Assembly (NCBI GenBank): GCA_963663865.1
Contig: OY760686.1
Location: 3,092,401-3,156,400 of the forward strand
Reading direction: 5' to 3'
Length of the DNA stretch: 64,000 nt
Source of the DNA: Spirochaetota bacterium
GTDB taxonomy: Bacteria; Spirochaetota; UBA4802; UBA5550
The notes under the pieces are model-generated. The model was not told where the DNA came from. It ran no database searches and worked only from the letters and a program-made list of their open reading frames with translations. Made by a program: the position numbers and the translations under genes. Positions within the stretch are counted from its first letter, which is position 1. Every line of letters starts with the position of its first letter. Below, piece after piece: positions 1 through 10,472 of this stretch.

Positions 1-218
1 GGATAAAGCTCATCCATCACGTCACTGTTTGTGCAGCCGAATTCTGTTTCACAAAAACGGCAGTCGGAACACGGCTCCGCCCGGTTGATGTATGGATAAA
101 CTCTCGCGATAGAAATGCCGCATGATTCAAGCTTGTCCAAAAAACGGCTGTGTATTTCGGACGAAAAGCTTTCTTTAACGGGACTCCCAAACAGAGCTAA
201 GACTTCTGGATTGGTCAT
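1..218 (-). CDS. Iron-sulfur flavoprotein / NADPH-dependent FMN reductase family, 5' part only (runs off window)
   Basis: Manual translation from ATG at 218: MTNPEVLALFGSPVKESFS...EPCSDCRFCETEFGCTNSDVMDELY; GSP flavin loop and CxxCxxCxxxxxC motif of Isf-type proteins. Confidence 0.75.
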   Translation of the reverse strand, partial: MTNPEVLALFGSPVKESFSSEIHSRFLDKLESCGISIARVYPYINRAEPCSDCRFCETEFGCTNSDVMDELY

Positions 219-232
219 TCAAGCTGAACCCG

Positions 233-1258
233 CTATTTAAGCCTCGTGAAAATCATCCTGCCTGCTGTGGTCTGCAGCACTGATGTCACGACAACATCGA
301 CATCTTCATTAAGACGCCTTCTACCGTTTTCTACTACGACCATTGTCCCGTCATCAAGATAGCCGATAGCCTGATTCTGGTCCTTGCCCTCTTTTATCAG
401 AGACACCTTCATATCTTCGCCCGGCAGTACTACCGGCTTGAGGGAGTTGGAAAGCTGATTGATATTGAGCACTTCGACTCCATGAAATTCGGCGACCTTG
501 TTCAGGTTGAAATCGTTTGTGATAACTTTTGCGTTCATCATCTTTCCGAGGCGTACCAGCTTTGCGTCAACCTCCTGGACCTCCGGAAAATCAATGTCGG
601 AAATTTTCACCATTATAGATTGGTCTTTCTGCATTTTATTAAGTATGTCCAAACCCCGCCTGCCCCTGTTGCGGCGTATTGAATCGGCTGAATCGGCTAT
701 CATCTGGAGTTCATGAAGCACAAAGTTAGGTATCACAAGTATCCCTTCCAGAAATCCCGTGTCGCAGATGTCGGCAATCCTTCCATCAATGATTACACTC
801 GTATCAAGTATCTTATAGGAAAGCTGCCCGCTCTTTTCATCCACACGAACACCCGCGATACGGTCAAGGAAAACCAGCTCTTCTGAATTTATGAGAAAAA
901 ATAGCAGAAAAAAAGTAACGGCTGTCACGTATATTGAAAACACTGCAAGAGAAGAATACTCCGAGGCAAGCTGAGTAAATAAAGGAACAACTGCGAGATT
1001 TGAAAGATATCCGGCTGCCAGTCCGGCTACAAGGCCGATAACGCCGGCGAGGGTTTTTCGCGCGGGGAAAGCGTGAGATATGTACTCAAAAAGTACAAGC
1101 AGCGAAAGCGATATAACCGACGCAGCCGCCGCTGCGACCACAGCTTTAATGGAACTATCTGAAAAGAACAGAGCGAATGCCGCCCCCATGCTCAGAATAA
1201 ACAGAATCCTCAGAATAATAATCATAAGTTGAATCTCCAGGATTATTTTTGAGCTCAC
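233..1258 (-). CDS. Membrane PIN/TRAM domain protein (YacL-like)
   Basis: N-terminal TM helices; [16 protein letters not shown] motif, [11 protein letters not shown]-terminal [16 protein letters not shown]...[13 protein letters not shown]; follows carD. Confidence 0.92.
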   Translation of the reverse strand: MSSKIILEIQLMIIILRILFILSMGAAFALFFSDSSIKAVVAAAAASVISLSLLVLFEYISHAFPARKTLAGVIGLVAGLAAGYLSNLAVVPLFTQLASEYSSLAVFSIYVTAVTFFLLFFLINSEELVFLDRIAGVRVDEKSGQLSYKILDTSVIIDGRIADICDTGFLEGILVIPNFVLHELQMIADSADSIRRNRGRRGLDILNKMQKDQSIMVKISDIDFPEVQEVDAKLVRLGKMMNAKVITNDFNLNKVAEFHGVEVLNINQLSNSLKPVVLPGEDMKVSLIKEGKDQNQAIGYLDDGTMVVVENGRRRLNEDVDVVVTSVLQTTAGRMIFTRLK

Positions 1259-1331
1259 ATAATTCCAGACAAGGCCGCTCGCTTCTGCCTGGGAACAGAC
1301 GATGCCCCGTCCTTCGTTCAGTACGCGGGTC

Positions 1332-1868
1332 TTATTCTGCTGTCTCTAATGTTGCGGAAAGGATTTCTGAAACGTAATTGCCGGCTTCTTCTATGTCAAT
1401 GTCTTTTACAAGCGCCACCTCATGTACAATAAGCTGGTAGGCATTTTCGTAAAGCTTCCTCTCCATTATCGAGAGCTCCTTTACACAACCTCTTCTAAAG
1501 AGATCCCTTGCAACCTCAGCCACGACAAATATCGATCCGCTTTTTACTTTATCTATGTTATTCTGATAACGAAGCTTCCAGTCATCTTCCTGAACAACGT
1601 TCTCCAGCTGCAGAATCTCGGTCACTTTCTTGAGATCACGTTTTGAGATGATGCCCCTTACTCCAATTTCATCAGCCTTTGTTACCGGGATCATGACCTT
1701 CATTCCGCTGTTGTTTATGGTAACTACGTAATATTCAGTTCTTTTACCAAGAATAACTTTTTTCTCTATAGCTGATATTAATCCAACTCCATGCATTGGA
1801 TAGACGATCTTGTCGCCAACATTGTACATTTTTTTCTCCGTTTTCTTTGTTGTTGCCATGCAAATCAC
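1332..1868 (-). CDS. carD: CarD family transcriptional regulator
   Basis: [34 protein letters not shown] motifs; true start may be a downstream ATG. Confidence 0.93.
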   Translation of the reverse strand: MICMATTKKTEKKMYNVGDKIVYPMHGVGLISAIEKKVILGKRTEYYVVTINNSGMKVMIPVTKADEIGVRGIISKRDLKKVTEILQLENVVQEDDWKLRYQNNIDKVKSGSIFVVAEVARDLFRRGCVKELSIMERKLYENAYQLIVHEVALVKDIDIEEAGNYVSEILSATLETAE

Positions 1869-1996
1869 CGCTATTATGTAATATTATCCGTACAGGCACA
1901 TGAACACAAAATTACTAATGCTTTAGTGCATCACAGTTTTTTCAATTTTTCAAGAATAATATAAGACGTATTTAAAAACCTTGTATATAAAAGATA

Positions 1997-4378
1997 TTAG
2001 TCTGATTTAAGCCCCTCTTTTTCCAGATACCTATCCAGAACAGATTTCATTTTGAAGTGCTTGCCGTCACAGACTCCCCGGAAATATCCGCTGCTCGGCA
2101 GTGCGAGGTCGCAGTTCAGCTCCTTGCAGTCAGGTCCCGGGATTTTGCCAGTGTATTTACAGACACAGCTTGATGAAACACCTGAAGGCTTCGGGGAAAA
2201 AACAGGGTCTTTCATTGAGTTGTACACTTCTTTCATATAATCGGCCCATATCGGCGCCGCAACTCCTGCACCGGCCTGATGTCTGCCCAGCGACATAAAC
2301 TGACGGTCATATCCAACCCAGACAACAGCTGCGACATCCGGGGTGAATCCGCAAAACCAGGCGTCTGTCCAGTTAGAAGTGGTCCCAGTCTTTCCAGCGG
2401 CGGGTTTAGTGAATCCGGACTTAATCCTGATCGACTCGGCAGCGGTGCCCCTGTCAACGACATCGCGCATCATCGACGTCATAATGAAGGCTACCTCCGG
2501 GGAAATAACCTGAATTGTGCCTTCGGCTTCCTTAACGGCTATGATACGCCCGACTTCTTCTTCGATGTTGGCAAGCTCATTTCCGTCCCGGTCAGTAACA
2601 TACCTGACCGCGAAAGGAATAACATCACGCCCCCTGTTGGCATATACTGCGTAACCACCGGCCATCTCAAGGGGTGTAACCTCAGTGGTTCCGAGGGCAA
2701 GAGCAGGCCCCGGGCTGAAGCGCTCCGGTGGAACCTTGAGCATTTTTGCGGCAAAGTCAATTATTATGTCCGCTCCAATTATGTCGAATATTCGGACGGA
2801 TATTATATTGATTGAAGACGCGAGGGCTCTTCTGAGAGACACCATGCCGGAGAACTCGCCTTCATAGTTTCCGGGAGCCCATGTGTCGCCCTGTGAATCA
2901 ATATCGACTATCGGAGCATCCGGCAAAGTAGTAGCAACGTTTATTCTCTTTGATTCTATTCCCGCCCCGTAGACAAAGGGCTTAAATGATGAGCCGGGCT
3001 GACGTCTCGCCTGGACTGCCCGGTTAAACTGATTTGAAACGCTGTATTCTGAACCGCCAATCATGGTGGTAATATATCCTGTGGAAGGTTCAACGGCAAC
3101 CATGGCTCCCTCAACGTTCAGAGAAGTCGATATTCCCGAAACAGCAGACCTGAAGCTCTCAATTGATTCGGATGCGCCTGAATTATCCGTCAGCAGGGCC
3201 AATATATCTATGGAATCAAGGTAGCTGTCCACCATCTGCTTTTTGAAAACTGTTTCAATGTCGTTTCTGACGATGATGCCGGGCAGACTGAAAATCATTC
3301 TGAGATAGCTGTATGCAGAGAAGAGTCCCCGATTCAGCCCGCTATTATACATAGCATTCGCCTTTGAAGAAACCTCATTTTGCTTTTTTACACCCTCGGT
3401 GAAAACCTTTTCGGCTATCTGCTGCCGTTTCAGATCAAGCGTTGTGTATACACTCAGTCCTTCATTATAGACGGTGTCATGACCAAACTGTGATATCAGT
3501 ATCTGACGGACATAGTCAGTAAAGAATGGAGCCTTATCAGTTACCTGTGAGGCTGCTGTTCTGGTCGGATACTGGGTTTTCAGCGAATCAAGAAACGCGG
3601 GCCAGAACTCCTCGAAGACCTTTTCCCTCTGTTTTTCGGTGATAAATCCTGCATCAACCATTCTCGCCAGGGTGTCCTGGTTCTTATAAAATGCTTCGCG
3701 TGGATATCTGAGAGGAGAATAGCCATTGGGCTTAGAGGGCAAAGACGCCAGTATGGAACTTTCAGCAACGGTAAGATGCCTTACGTCCTTTTCGAAGAAG
3801 AACTCCGCGGCCGACGCGATACCGTGACATCCATGTCCGAGATATATCTGGTTGAAGTACATCTCAAGGATTTGTTCCTTGGAGAACCTCTTTTCTATCT
3901 GCAAAGCGAGAACAAATTCAAGTATCTTGCGGCCGATTGTCCTTTCACCGGTAGTGAAAAGCCGCTTCGCGAGCTGCTGCGTAATAGTTGATCCGCCCTG
4001 AACTACCGTTATTCTTCCAGACTTGACGCTTGCGACAAGGTTCTTCCCCATCGCTCGGATTATTGAGAGCGGCGATATACCGAAATGATTGAAGAAATCC
4101 CTGTCTTCTGCCGCGAGAAAAGCATTTATAAGGCATTGAGGCAGGGCATCATAGGGAACAAGGTCGCGTTTTTCCTGAAAGAGTTCAGCTATTAACTCTC
4201 CGTGAACATCGTAAATTCGGGTGGGAACACTCGGCTGAAATTGTTTTAGATTGTCAATGCCGGCAAAGTTTTTTACCTGTGCGTTAATATAGCCGGAGAC
4301 AACACCGCCGGCTATTGACAGAATGATAATGGCTGCGATCATTCCTTTTTCAAGGGTGAAGTTCTTAAGTTTATTCAT
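1997..4378 (-). CDS. mrcA: Class A penicillin-binding protein (PBP1A)
   Basis: Transglycosylase EDRDFFNHFG and QGGSTITQQLAK; transpeptidase SSFK, SIN and KTGT motifs; N-terminal TM. Confidence 0.93.
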   Translation of the reverse strand: MNKLKNFTLEKGMIAAIIILSIAGGVVSGYINAQVKNFAGIDNLKQFQPSVPTRIYDVHGELIAELFQEKRDLVPYDALPQCLINAFLAAEDRDFFNHFGISPLSIIRAMGKNLVASVKSGRITVVQGGSTITQQLAKRLFTTGERTIGRKILEFVLALQIEKRFSKEQILEMYFNQIYLGHGCHGIASAAEFFFEKDVRHLTVAESSILASLPSKPNGYSPLRYPREAFYKNQDTLARMVDAGFITEKQREKVFEEFWPAFLDSLKTQYPTRTAASQVTDKAPFFTDYVRQILISQFGHDTVYNEGLSVYTTLDLKRQQIAEKVFTEGVKKQNEVSSKANAMYNSGLNRGLFSAYSYLRMIFSLPGIIVRNDIETVFKKQMVDSYLDSIDILALLTDNSGASESIESFRSAVSGISTSLNVEGAMVAVEPSTGYITTMIGGSEYSVSNQFNRAVQARRQPGSSFKPFVYGAGIESKRINVATTLPDAPIVDIDSQGDTWAPGNYEGEFSGMVSLRRALASSINIISVRIFDIIGADIIIDFAAKMLKVPPERFSPGPALALGTTEVTPLEMAGGYAVYANRGRDVIPFAVRYVTDRDGNELANIEEEVGRIIAVKEAEGTIQVISPEVAFIMTSMMRDVVDRGTAAESIRIKSGFTKPAAGKTGTTSNWTDAWFCGFTPDVAAVVWVGYDRQFMSLGRHQAGAGVAAPIWADYMKEVYNSMKDPVFSPKPSGVSSSCVCKYTGKIPGPDCKELNCDLALPSSGYFRGVCDGKHFKMKSVLDRYLEKEGLKSD

Positions 4379-4503
4379 GCAGGCTTCTCTTACGCAGGGA
4401 AATATTCATGTTCAATGATGACAGAATAAAAAATGCCGTTATTAATCAACTATATTTTTCCGTTATTTCCCTCCCAGCAGCAGAGAATGGCGCTACCCTG
4501 GAA

Positions 4504-5661
4504 TTATTCTGACGGCCGGCCGGTTATTTCAACCGCAACTGTCTTTTCCGAGCCGTTTCTCCACAGAACAAGCCTGATCATGCTGCCTATTTTCGTCTCG
4601 CCGATAACGCGTAGAAGATCCTTGTAGTTCTCAATCCTTTCGCCGCTTACTTCAAGTATCACATCGCCAACACGTATGCCGGCCTTATCCGCGGGACTCC
4701 CGGAAATCACCTCGCTAATAAAAGTACCCCTGACACTCTTCAGTCCAAGCTCTGCGGCTGTGCGCTCATTCAGCTCCATAATCCCCACTCCGAGGTATCC
4801 TCTCTTTACTTCCCTGTGGGTCTTAAGCTGGGCAAGAATTGAGCGGGCCGTGTTTACGGGAATGGCGAACCCTATCCCCATGTAACCTCCACTCTTTGAG
4901 TAAATCATCCTGTTAATACCGATCACTTCGCCATAGATGTTAATCAAGGGACCGCCTGAATTACCGGGATTTATGGACGCGTCTGTCTGGAGATGTGATG
5001 TCCCAAGCAGATCAACATCGCTGCGGCCCACCGCGCTTATAACGCCAACGGTGAAAGTCCGGTCCAGTCCGAAGGGATTTCCTATTGCTATAGCCCAATC
5101 CCCCACATTAACCGTATCTGAGTCGCCAAAATAGACCGGTTTAAAGCTTTCATTCGAGGTAATCTTCAGCAAAGCAAGATCTGTACGCTTGTCGCCGCCT
5201 ATGATTTTCGCCTCGTGATTTTTCTCATTGACCTTAACGAAAACCCTGTCAACTCCGTCTATAACGTGGTAGTTGGTACAGATATATCCATCCCTGGATA
5301 TGACAAAGCCGGTGCCAAGACCGGTTTTTTTCTGAACGCGGGATGGAGCGGAAAAATTCCCGAACCATGGATCGTTAAAAAACGGATGAGGCCTCACCCT
5401 TACAGTCTGCTCAGTCGTAATAAAGACAACACTTTCCCGGTACATCTCGAAAATCTGCCTGAATGCTGTCTGAAGTTCCACCGCCTGAGATGTCTTCAGC
5501 TGTGACTTCATCGGAGATTCATCGGAGTTACCAAAGACACTCACTCCTCCGGAATCGTTTTTCTGGCAGGAGAACTGATTGAAAAACAGAAATCCAATAA
5601 CAACTCCGGTAATCACTGGAAATATAAACCTGTATCTGTACCTGGAAAATGACATTATCAA
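4504..5661 (-). CDS. htrA: HtrA/DegQ-family serine protease with one PDZ domain
   Basis: TNYHV, DLALLK, TDASINPGNSGGPL catalytic motifs; PDZ SPADKAGIRVGDVI. Confidence 0.92.
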   Translation of the reverse strand: MIMSFSRYRYRFIFPVITGVVIGFLFFNQFSCQKNDSGGVSVFGNSDESPMKSQLKTSQAVELQTAFRQIFEMYRESVVFITTEQTVRVRPHPFFNDPWFGNFSAPSRVQKKTGLGTGFVISRDGYICTNYHVIDGVDRVFVKVNEKNHEAKIIGGDKRTDLALLKITSNESFKPVYFGDSDTVNVGDWAIAIGNPFGLDRTFTVGVISAVGRSDVDLLGTSHLQTDASINPGNSGGPLINIYGEVIGINRMIYSKSGGYMGIGFAIPVNTARSILAQLKTHREVKRGYLGVGIMELNERTAAELGLKSVRGTFISEVISGSPADKAGIRVGDVILEVSGERIENYKDLLRVIGETKIGSMIRLVLWRNGSEKTVAVEITGRPSE

Positions 5662-5682
5662 CTCCGAAAAATAAGTTAAAAA

Positions 5683-5898
5683 TTATTCCTGAAAAACACT
5701 CTTCCTGTAACGCTTCTTTTCTCTGTCTTCTCCGCCGATTTTGTCCCTGAACTGCCTTCTGTCGTTGATAGAACCGTCTATCTCCACAAGGTCAATGTCA
5801 ATTGACGCCGGCTCCCTCTTTTCTCCACAGGACGCTACAGGCAGAATCGCAAGAGCAATCATTATTGAGACCATTGATTGAAGATGTTGCCTCTTCAT
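5683..5898 (-). CDS. Small putative lipoprotein
   Basis: Hydrophobic signal ending VASC; tightly packed between trxA and htrA. Confidence 0.5.
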   Translation of the reverse strand: MKRQHLQSMVSIMIALAILPVASCGEKREPASIDIDLVEIDGSINDRRQFRDKIGGEDREKKRYRKSVFQE

Positions 5899-5900
5899 GA

Positions 5901-6215
5901 TTACTGAAGCTTCTTTTTAAGAACTTCCTCAGGCTGAACACCAACCATTCGCTCAATCTCCTTTCCGTCTTTAAAAATAATCAATGTCGGAATGGAAGAT
6001 ATTCCCAGTTTCTGGGCGAGAGATGGAGATTCATCTGTATTGAGCTTGGCAATCTTTGCTGAAACAGCGCCGTCAGAAGCGAGTTTTTCAAGGATTGGAG
6101 TCTGCATTCGGCACGGGCCGCACCAGGGAGCCCAGAAATCGACCAATACAGTCCCGGAGTGCTTAAGCACCTCAGCTTCGTAGTTATTTTCGTTTATCTC
6201 TAGTAAAGCCATCAC
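5901..6215 (-). CDS. trxA: Thioredoxin
   Basis: VDFWAPWCGPC active site, SIPTL. Confidence 0.96.
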   Translation of the reverse strand: MMALLEINENNYEAEVLKHSGTVLVDFWAPWCGPCRMQTPILEKLASDGAVSAKIAKLNTDESPSLAQKLGISSIPTLIIFKDGKEIERMVGVQPEEVLKKKLQ

Positions 6216-6423
6216 ATCACCTCAGAATAATATTCCTGCCGGAAACAGTTCCCACAGTTTGCCAATCTTCACTCCTTCCGCCGGTATATTTCAACAATTT
6301 TTTCCTATAAATGTTCTTAAAAAGCTGCATCTATCCTGCGATATCATATATAACACCCGGGTAAAAACAGCAACCCGGCAAAACGAAACGTCATTTTATC
6401 GCTTCTTTACTCCTTTATGAATT

Positions 6424-6450
6424 TTAAGAATATGGACTTAATGCCGATAA
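6424..6450 (+). promoter_or_regulatory. Candidate sigma28 (FliA) promoter
   Basis: TTAA-N15-GCCGATAA, with a perfect sigma28 -10 octamer 28 nt upstream of the 6479 ATG. Confidence 0.5.
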
Positions 6451-6478
6451 TAGTAACAGTTTAATCCGAGGTAACTAA

Positions 6479-7075
6479 ATGAAACTGGTCAACTCAGTAT
6501 TTTTAATCTGCATAATATCAGCCGCAGCGTACGGACAGGCAACCGGCCCCCGCACACCTGCTGCTATCCCCGATGGTTACGGGAGCATAAAATGGGGCAC
6601 CCCGCTCAGCAAGGCAAGGGAGGCTATTTCCGGGAAGCTGTACTACACGGACGACAAAACAGTAATCGTTTCAAAGGACGACGCGCTTGAGTACTATTAC
6701 GGCTTTTTCTATACCGACCCGGCAAATACAGAAAAAGCTGTAGAAACAGCTGATGCCGGACAGGAGGCTGTCGATGAAGGCACGCTATACTACGTTGCCC
6801 TCAAGTTCCCGTATCTTCGCCTTAATCAGGTCAGAGAAAAAATTGAGTCCAAATACGGCAAATCATCGCTCGAAAACATCAAAAAAAACCGGGGTGCTGC
6901 AGCCTGGATGTCAGACAGTACTATTATTATCATGTGGGCAGATGAATACGAGGGAGAGCCTTTCTGCAGGCGGATCACCTATCTCTCGAGAGAAACAGCT
7001 AAAAAAGTCAACACCAACCAGGAGCGGGTATTCAACAAAACAGAAATAGATATTCTGAAAAAGCTGAATCCCTGA
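6479..7075 (+). CDS. Exported hypothetical protein
   Basis: RBS GAGGT, signal peptide ending AAAYG, 198-aa ORF. Confidence 0.7.
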   Translation: MKLVNSVFLICIISAAAYGQATGPRTPAAIPDGYGSIKWGTPLSKAREAISGKLYYTDDKTVIVSKDDALEYYYGFFYTDPANTEKAVETADAGQEAVDEGTLYYVALKFPYLRLNQVREKIESKYGKSSLENIKKNRGAAAWMSDSTIIIMWADEYEGEPFCRRITYLSRETAKKVNTNQERVFNKTEIDILKKLNP

Positions 7076-7091
7076 CCCCCCCTTCACTTTT

Positions 7092-10000
7092 TTATAGATG
7101 TGTGATAAAAACCGGAATTAGTCCAATGCCCTCATCAATCCTGTCGAGGGCTTTTCCAATCACAGTGCCTATTTTATCAAACGAGTCAATCTTTCCCCTG
7201 ATGCCGCAGCCGGGAGTATCAGACGTCACAATGAGATCTCCTGGATTTACTGGTCCCTTCCTCGCGTCCACCTTGCACATGACCCTCCCCGCAAGAGCCA
7301 CAGGATATGCCTTCTGCTCATCACCGGAGTTGTTGATTACAAGCATGGGATTTCCGGCTACAATACCGACAACAGACTGTGAGTAGGGCGCCGAAGAGCG
7401 CTTTAACGCCGATTTCCCTGAATCCGAAACGACAAGCAGGTCGCCCGGTGATATATACTCAGTTTCTTCAACAACGAACATCTCTACTATGCTTGCCGGA
7501 TATTGCCCCTTTCCGTCTCCTGTTATTTTTACCTGCCCATCGAAGACAGATCTTCCATTAACAAGAAGGGCATCGCCGTTACCCGCAAGATTAACGCTTT
7601 TATCGTAGTCGGAAAGCCTTCCGAAGCCGTCGGCAACCAGGGAAAAACCGTGCTCACTGGAAAAAACTCCGCCCGCACCGAACCTTGACAGACCGAGAAC
7701 GCCGCAGCCGGAAACACCGTTTTCTCCACCAGCAGACTGCCCCCTTACACCAACAAAACCTCCGTGCCCCACTACACCGTAGCTCTGAACAGTTTTCGTG
7801 CTGAGAATGCCTGCCACACCGGCTACCCCGATAGAACCTGCTTCTTTAGAGGCATTTTGCCCATATATTACGGCTGAGCCGTCAGACGGCGGCGTAATAT
7901 CCGGAAATGCTTCATTCCTTTCCTGCTTGATGCTGATTGTTCCCGAATGGCTTTTAAACTCATGAAGCAGGGGAGCATAGTCATGGGTATGTTCGAGTGG
8001 TTCCCTCCGGTCATAAAGCCTGGGGTCATTCCCCTGGACGGCGGTTCCCTCCTTGTTTTCACCCTGCTGTGCAAGCCTTACAATTCCGGGCGTTTTTTCC
8101 GTCGCGGGTTTCAGTCTTCTGTCGCTACCCTGAACAGCAACTCCTTTCTTCTCCTCGCCATCCTCGCCGAGTTCAACTATCCCCCTTGAAATAGTAGTAG
8201 CCTCTTTCAGACGGCGGTCATTTCCCTGTACGACAACACCGGCCGCGTCCTCTCCGTCCTCTGCAAGCTCAACTATTCCCGGCGACAGAGTTGAGGCTTT
8301 ACGAAGCCTTTTGTCGCTTCCCTGAACAGCTGCAAATGGTGAAGAATCCCCATCAGAAGCGAATCTCATTATACCGGCAGAATCTTCTGTTGCGTCCTTA
8401 AGTCTTTTATCATTGCCCTGGACAACCACTCCCGGTCTGTCCTCTCCATCCTCTGCCAGTTCCACAATCCCTCTGGAACCAGTCGTAGCATCCCTCAATC
8501 GGCGGTCATTGCCCTGTACAACAACACCGGCCGCGTCCTCTCCGTCCTCGGCAAGCTCGACTATTCCGGGAGATAATGTGGTTGAGGGCCTGAGTCTTTT
8601 GTCGCTTGCCTGAACTGCTGTTAAGGGCTTTTCGGTCCCGTCAGGGGCAAACTGCATAATTCCCTTAAAGGTCTCTGACGCGTCCTTTAATCGACGATCG
8701 TTTCCCTGAACAACAACGCCGGCCGCGTCTTCACCGTCCTCAGCAAGCTCGACTATTCCCCTGGAACCCGTAGTAGCGTCCTTCAATCGGCGGTCATTGC
8801 CCTGTACAACAACGCCGGCCGCGTCCTCTCCGTCCTCAGCAAGCTCGACTATTCCCCTGGAACCCGTCGTGGCGTCTTTCAATCGGCGGTCATTGCCCTG
8901 TACAACAACGCCGGCCGCGTCCTCTCCGTCCTCAGCAAGCTCGACAATTCCCCTGGAACCCGTCGTGGCGTCTTTCAATCGGCGGTCATTGCCCTGTATA
9001 GCTACACCTTCAGAGCTTTCTCCATCTTCAGCGAGCTCAACAATTCCCTTGAAAGCTGTTGACGCATCGCGAAGTCTCCTGTCATCGGCCTGTACAACAC
9101 ATCCTATTGTGTTTTCACCGTTTTTCGCGAGTTTTACAATACCGAAGCTGCTGTCCGTTGCCTTTTGAATCCTGCTGTCATTTCCGGTGATGACAGCGCT
9201 CCCGGTATACAGGCCGTCCGGGCAGAGCTTTACGATTCCAAAAGTCGAATCGGTCGCTTCAGAAAGCCTTGAATCAGAGCCCTGTACAGCGGTTCCGGGC
9301 TGGGTCTCTCTGTCATAGGCAAGCCTTACAATGCCATTCTTTTCCTCAGTTGCGGGCTTGAGCCTTGAATCCGAACCCTGTACGGCTATACCGGCTGAGT
9401 TATCTCCGTCCTCTGCGAGCTGTACTATTCCCTTAAATATCGTTGTAGCATCACAAAGCCTTCTGTCGCTTCCCTGCACTGCCGTTCCCGGCGAATCTCC
9501 CCCATCGGCCGCCAGCTTAACGATGCCGGCCTGAAAGGTTGAAGCATATTGCGGCATTCCTGAAGCGTTGTGAGCGTGCGAATAGTCAAACAAAGCAGCG
9601 AATATTTCTAAGGACGCCAGTTCAATCGAGAAACCACCAGCGGTATCCTTAGCTCCTCTTCCCTCAAACCTTATGTATCGGACAGGGCATATTTCCATAT
9701 TCCAGGAATATCTCTTCATCGGCTCCGCTTTGAATGATTTTTCCTCAAAAAGCGGAAGGAACAATTCCCCGTCTGTGCTGATATCGACGTTGAATTTTTC
9801 TGGGAAAAGCCCCGAAGAAGCCCCAATAATTATTCTGTTAACGTGATACACCGCGCCAAGATCAATGAGCAGTGTTTCCAGGCCGCTTTTACCTCTTGAG
9901 GGCGACCGCCAGACAAGGTCATGCGCTCCCCTGAACAGATTTTCAGCAGAAGTTTCGGCCGAGGCCGAATCAGCGGTCACTGCCGCAACCCCCGATATCC

Positions 10001-10433
10001 CCCCCGAAAAAGATGCAATTTTACAAACAGCCTTTCCGTCTTCACGGGCATTGAGCCCCGTCACGTATAGCTTATAAAACCTGTACTGCACCGGCGGAAG
10101 CGGAAGAATATAGGGACTTCCGCTGCATCTGTATGCAGACTCTGATTTAAGAACATGCCACAGACTGCCATCGGTACTCGCTTCTATTCTGAAGTCGCGC
10201 GGAAAAGACTTCTCTTCGGATGGGACCGGAGCGATCTCTATGCTGTCTATTACAGGCGAATCCTTAAGATCAATAACCACGTATTCAGGCCTGCCGTCAA
10301 AGCCCTCTGAAGTCTGCCAGAATCCGCCCTCTTTCAACAGATTGCCCGCGGAATGAGCCGCATCCGACTCGGACGAGAAGGAGTGTATTGATGACTGATA
10401 CTTCTGAGCTCTGCTTATGTTTATAAATTTCAT
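7092..10433 (-). CDS. Discoidin (F5/8 type C) domain protein with tail-fibre-like 32-aa repeats and a C-terminal chaperone/peptidase-like domain
   Basis: Two discoidin-like domains (PEYVVIDL...FRIEASTDG; LLIDLGAVYHVNRI...ISTDG), 16 repeats, HTH(D) motif, C-terminal PVALAGRVMCKVDA...PGDLIVTS...GTVIGKAL. Confidence 0.8.
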   Translation of the reverse strand: MKFINISRAQKYQSSIHSFSSESDAAHSAGNLLKEGGFWQTSEGFDGRPEYVVIDLKDSPVIDSIEIAPVPSEEKSFPRDFRIEASTDGSLWHVLKSESAYRCSGSPYILPLPPVQYRFYKLYVTGLNAREDGKAVCKIASFSGGISGVAAVTADSASAETSAENLFRGAHDLVWRSPSRGKSGLETLLIDLGAVYHVNRIIIGASSGLFPEKFNVDISTDGELFLPLFEEKSFKAEPMKRYSWNMEICPVRYIRFEGRGAKDTAGGFSIELASLEIFAALFDYSHAHNASGMPQYASTFQAGIVKLAADGGDSPGTAVQGSDRRLCDATTIFKGIVQLAEDGDNSAGIAVQGSDSRLKPATEEKNGIVRLAYDRETQPGTAVQGSDSRLSEATDSTFGIVKLCPDGLYTGSAVITGNDSRIQKATDSSFGIVKLAKNGENTIGCVVQADDRRLRDASTAFKGIVELAEDGESSEGVAIQGNDRRLKDATTGSRGIVELAEDGEDAAGVVVQGNDRRLKDATTGSRGIVELAEDGEDAAGVVVQGNDRRLKDATTGSRGIVELAEDGEDAAGVVVQGNDRRLKDASETFKGIMQFAPDGTEKPLTAVQASDKRLRPSTTLSPGIVELAEDGEDAAGVVVQGNDRRLRDATTGSRGIVELAEDGEDRPGVVVQGNDKRLKDATEDSAGIMRFASDGDSSPFAAVQGSDKRLRKASTLSPGIVELAEDGEDAAGVVVQGNDRRLKEATTISRGIVELGEDGEEKKGVAVQGSDRRLKPATEKTPGIVRLAQQGENKEGTAVQGNDPRLYDRREPLEHTHDYAPLLHEFKSHSGTISIKQERNEAFPDITPPSDGSAVIYGQNASKEAGSIGVAGVAGILSTKTVQSYGVVGHGGFVGVRGQSAGGENGVSGCGVLGLSRFGAGGVFSSEHGFSLVADGFGRLSDYDKSVNLAGNGDALLVNGRSVFDGQVKITGDGKGQYPASIVEMFVVEETEYISPGDLLVVSDSGKSALKRSSAPYSQSVVGIVAGNPMLVINNSGDEQKAYPVALAGRVMCKVDARKGPVNPGDLIVTSDTPGCGIRGKIDSFDKIGTVIGKALDRIDEGIGLIPVFITHL
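8010..9545 (-). repeat. Intragenic 96-bp (32-aa) tandem repeat array, 16 units (boundaries approximate)
   Basis: Unit ATTGSRGIVELAEDGEDAAGVVVQGNDRRLKD; near-identical DNA copies at about 8700-8995. Confidence 0.92.
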
Positions 10434-10472
10434 TTTTACTCCAGATTCTGAAAATAATTTGCGGCAGCTGTG

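Noticed and set aside
2052-4136. Numerous antisense or alternate-frame ORFs within PBP1A (and likewise within other long genes)
   Set aside because: Shadow ORFs of well-supported genes, with no motifs or RBS
8010-9545. CRISPR array
   Set aside because: Repeats are contiguous 96-bp coding units without unique spacers, and there are no cas genes
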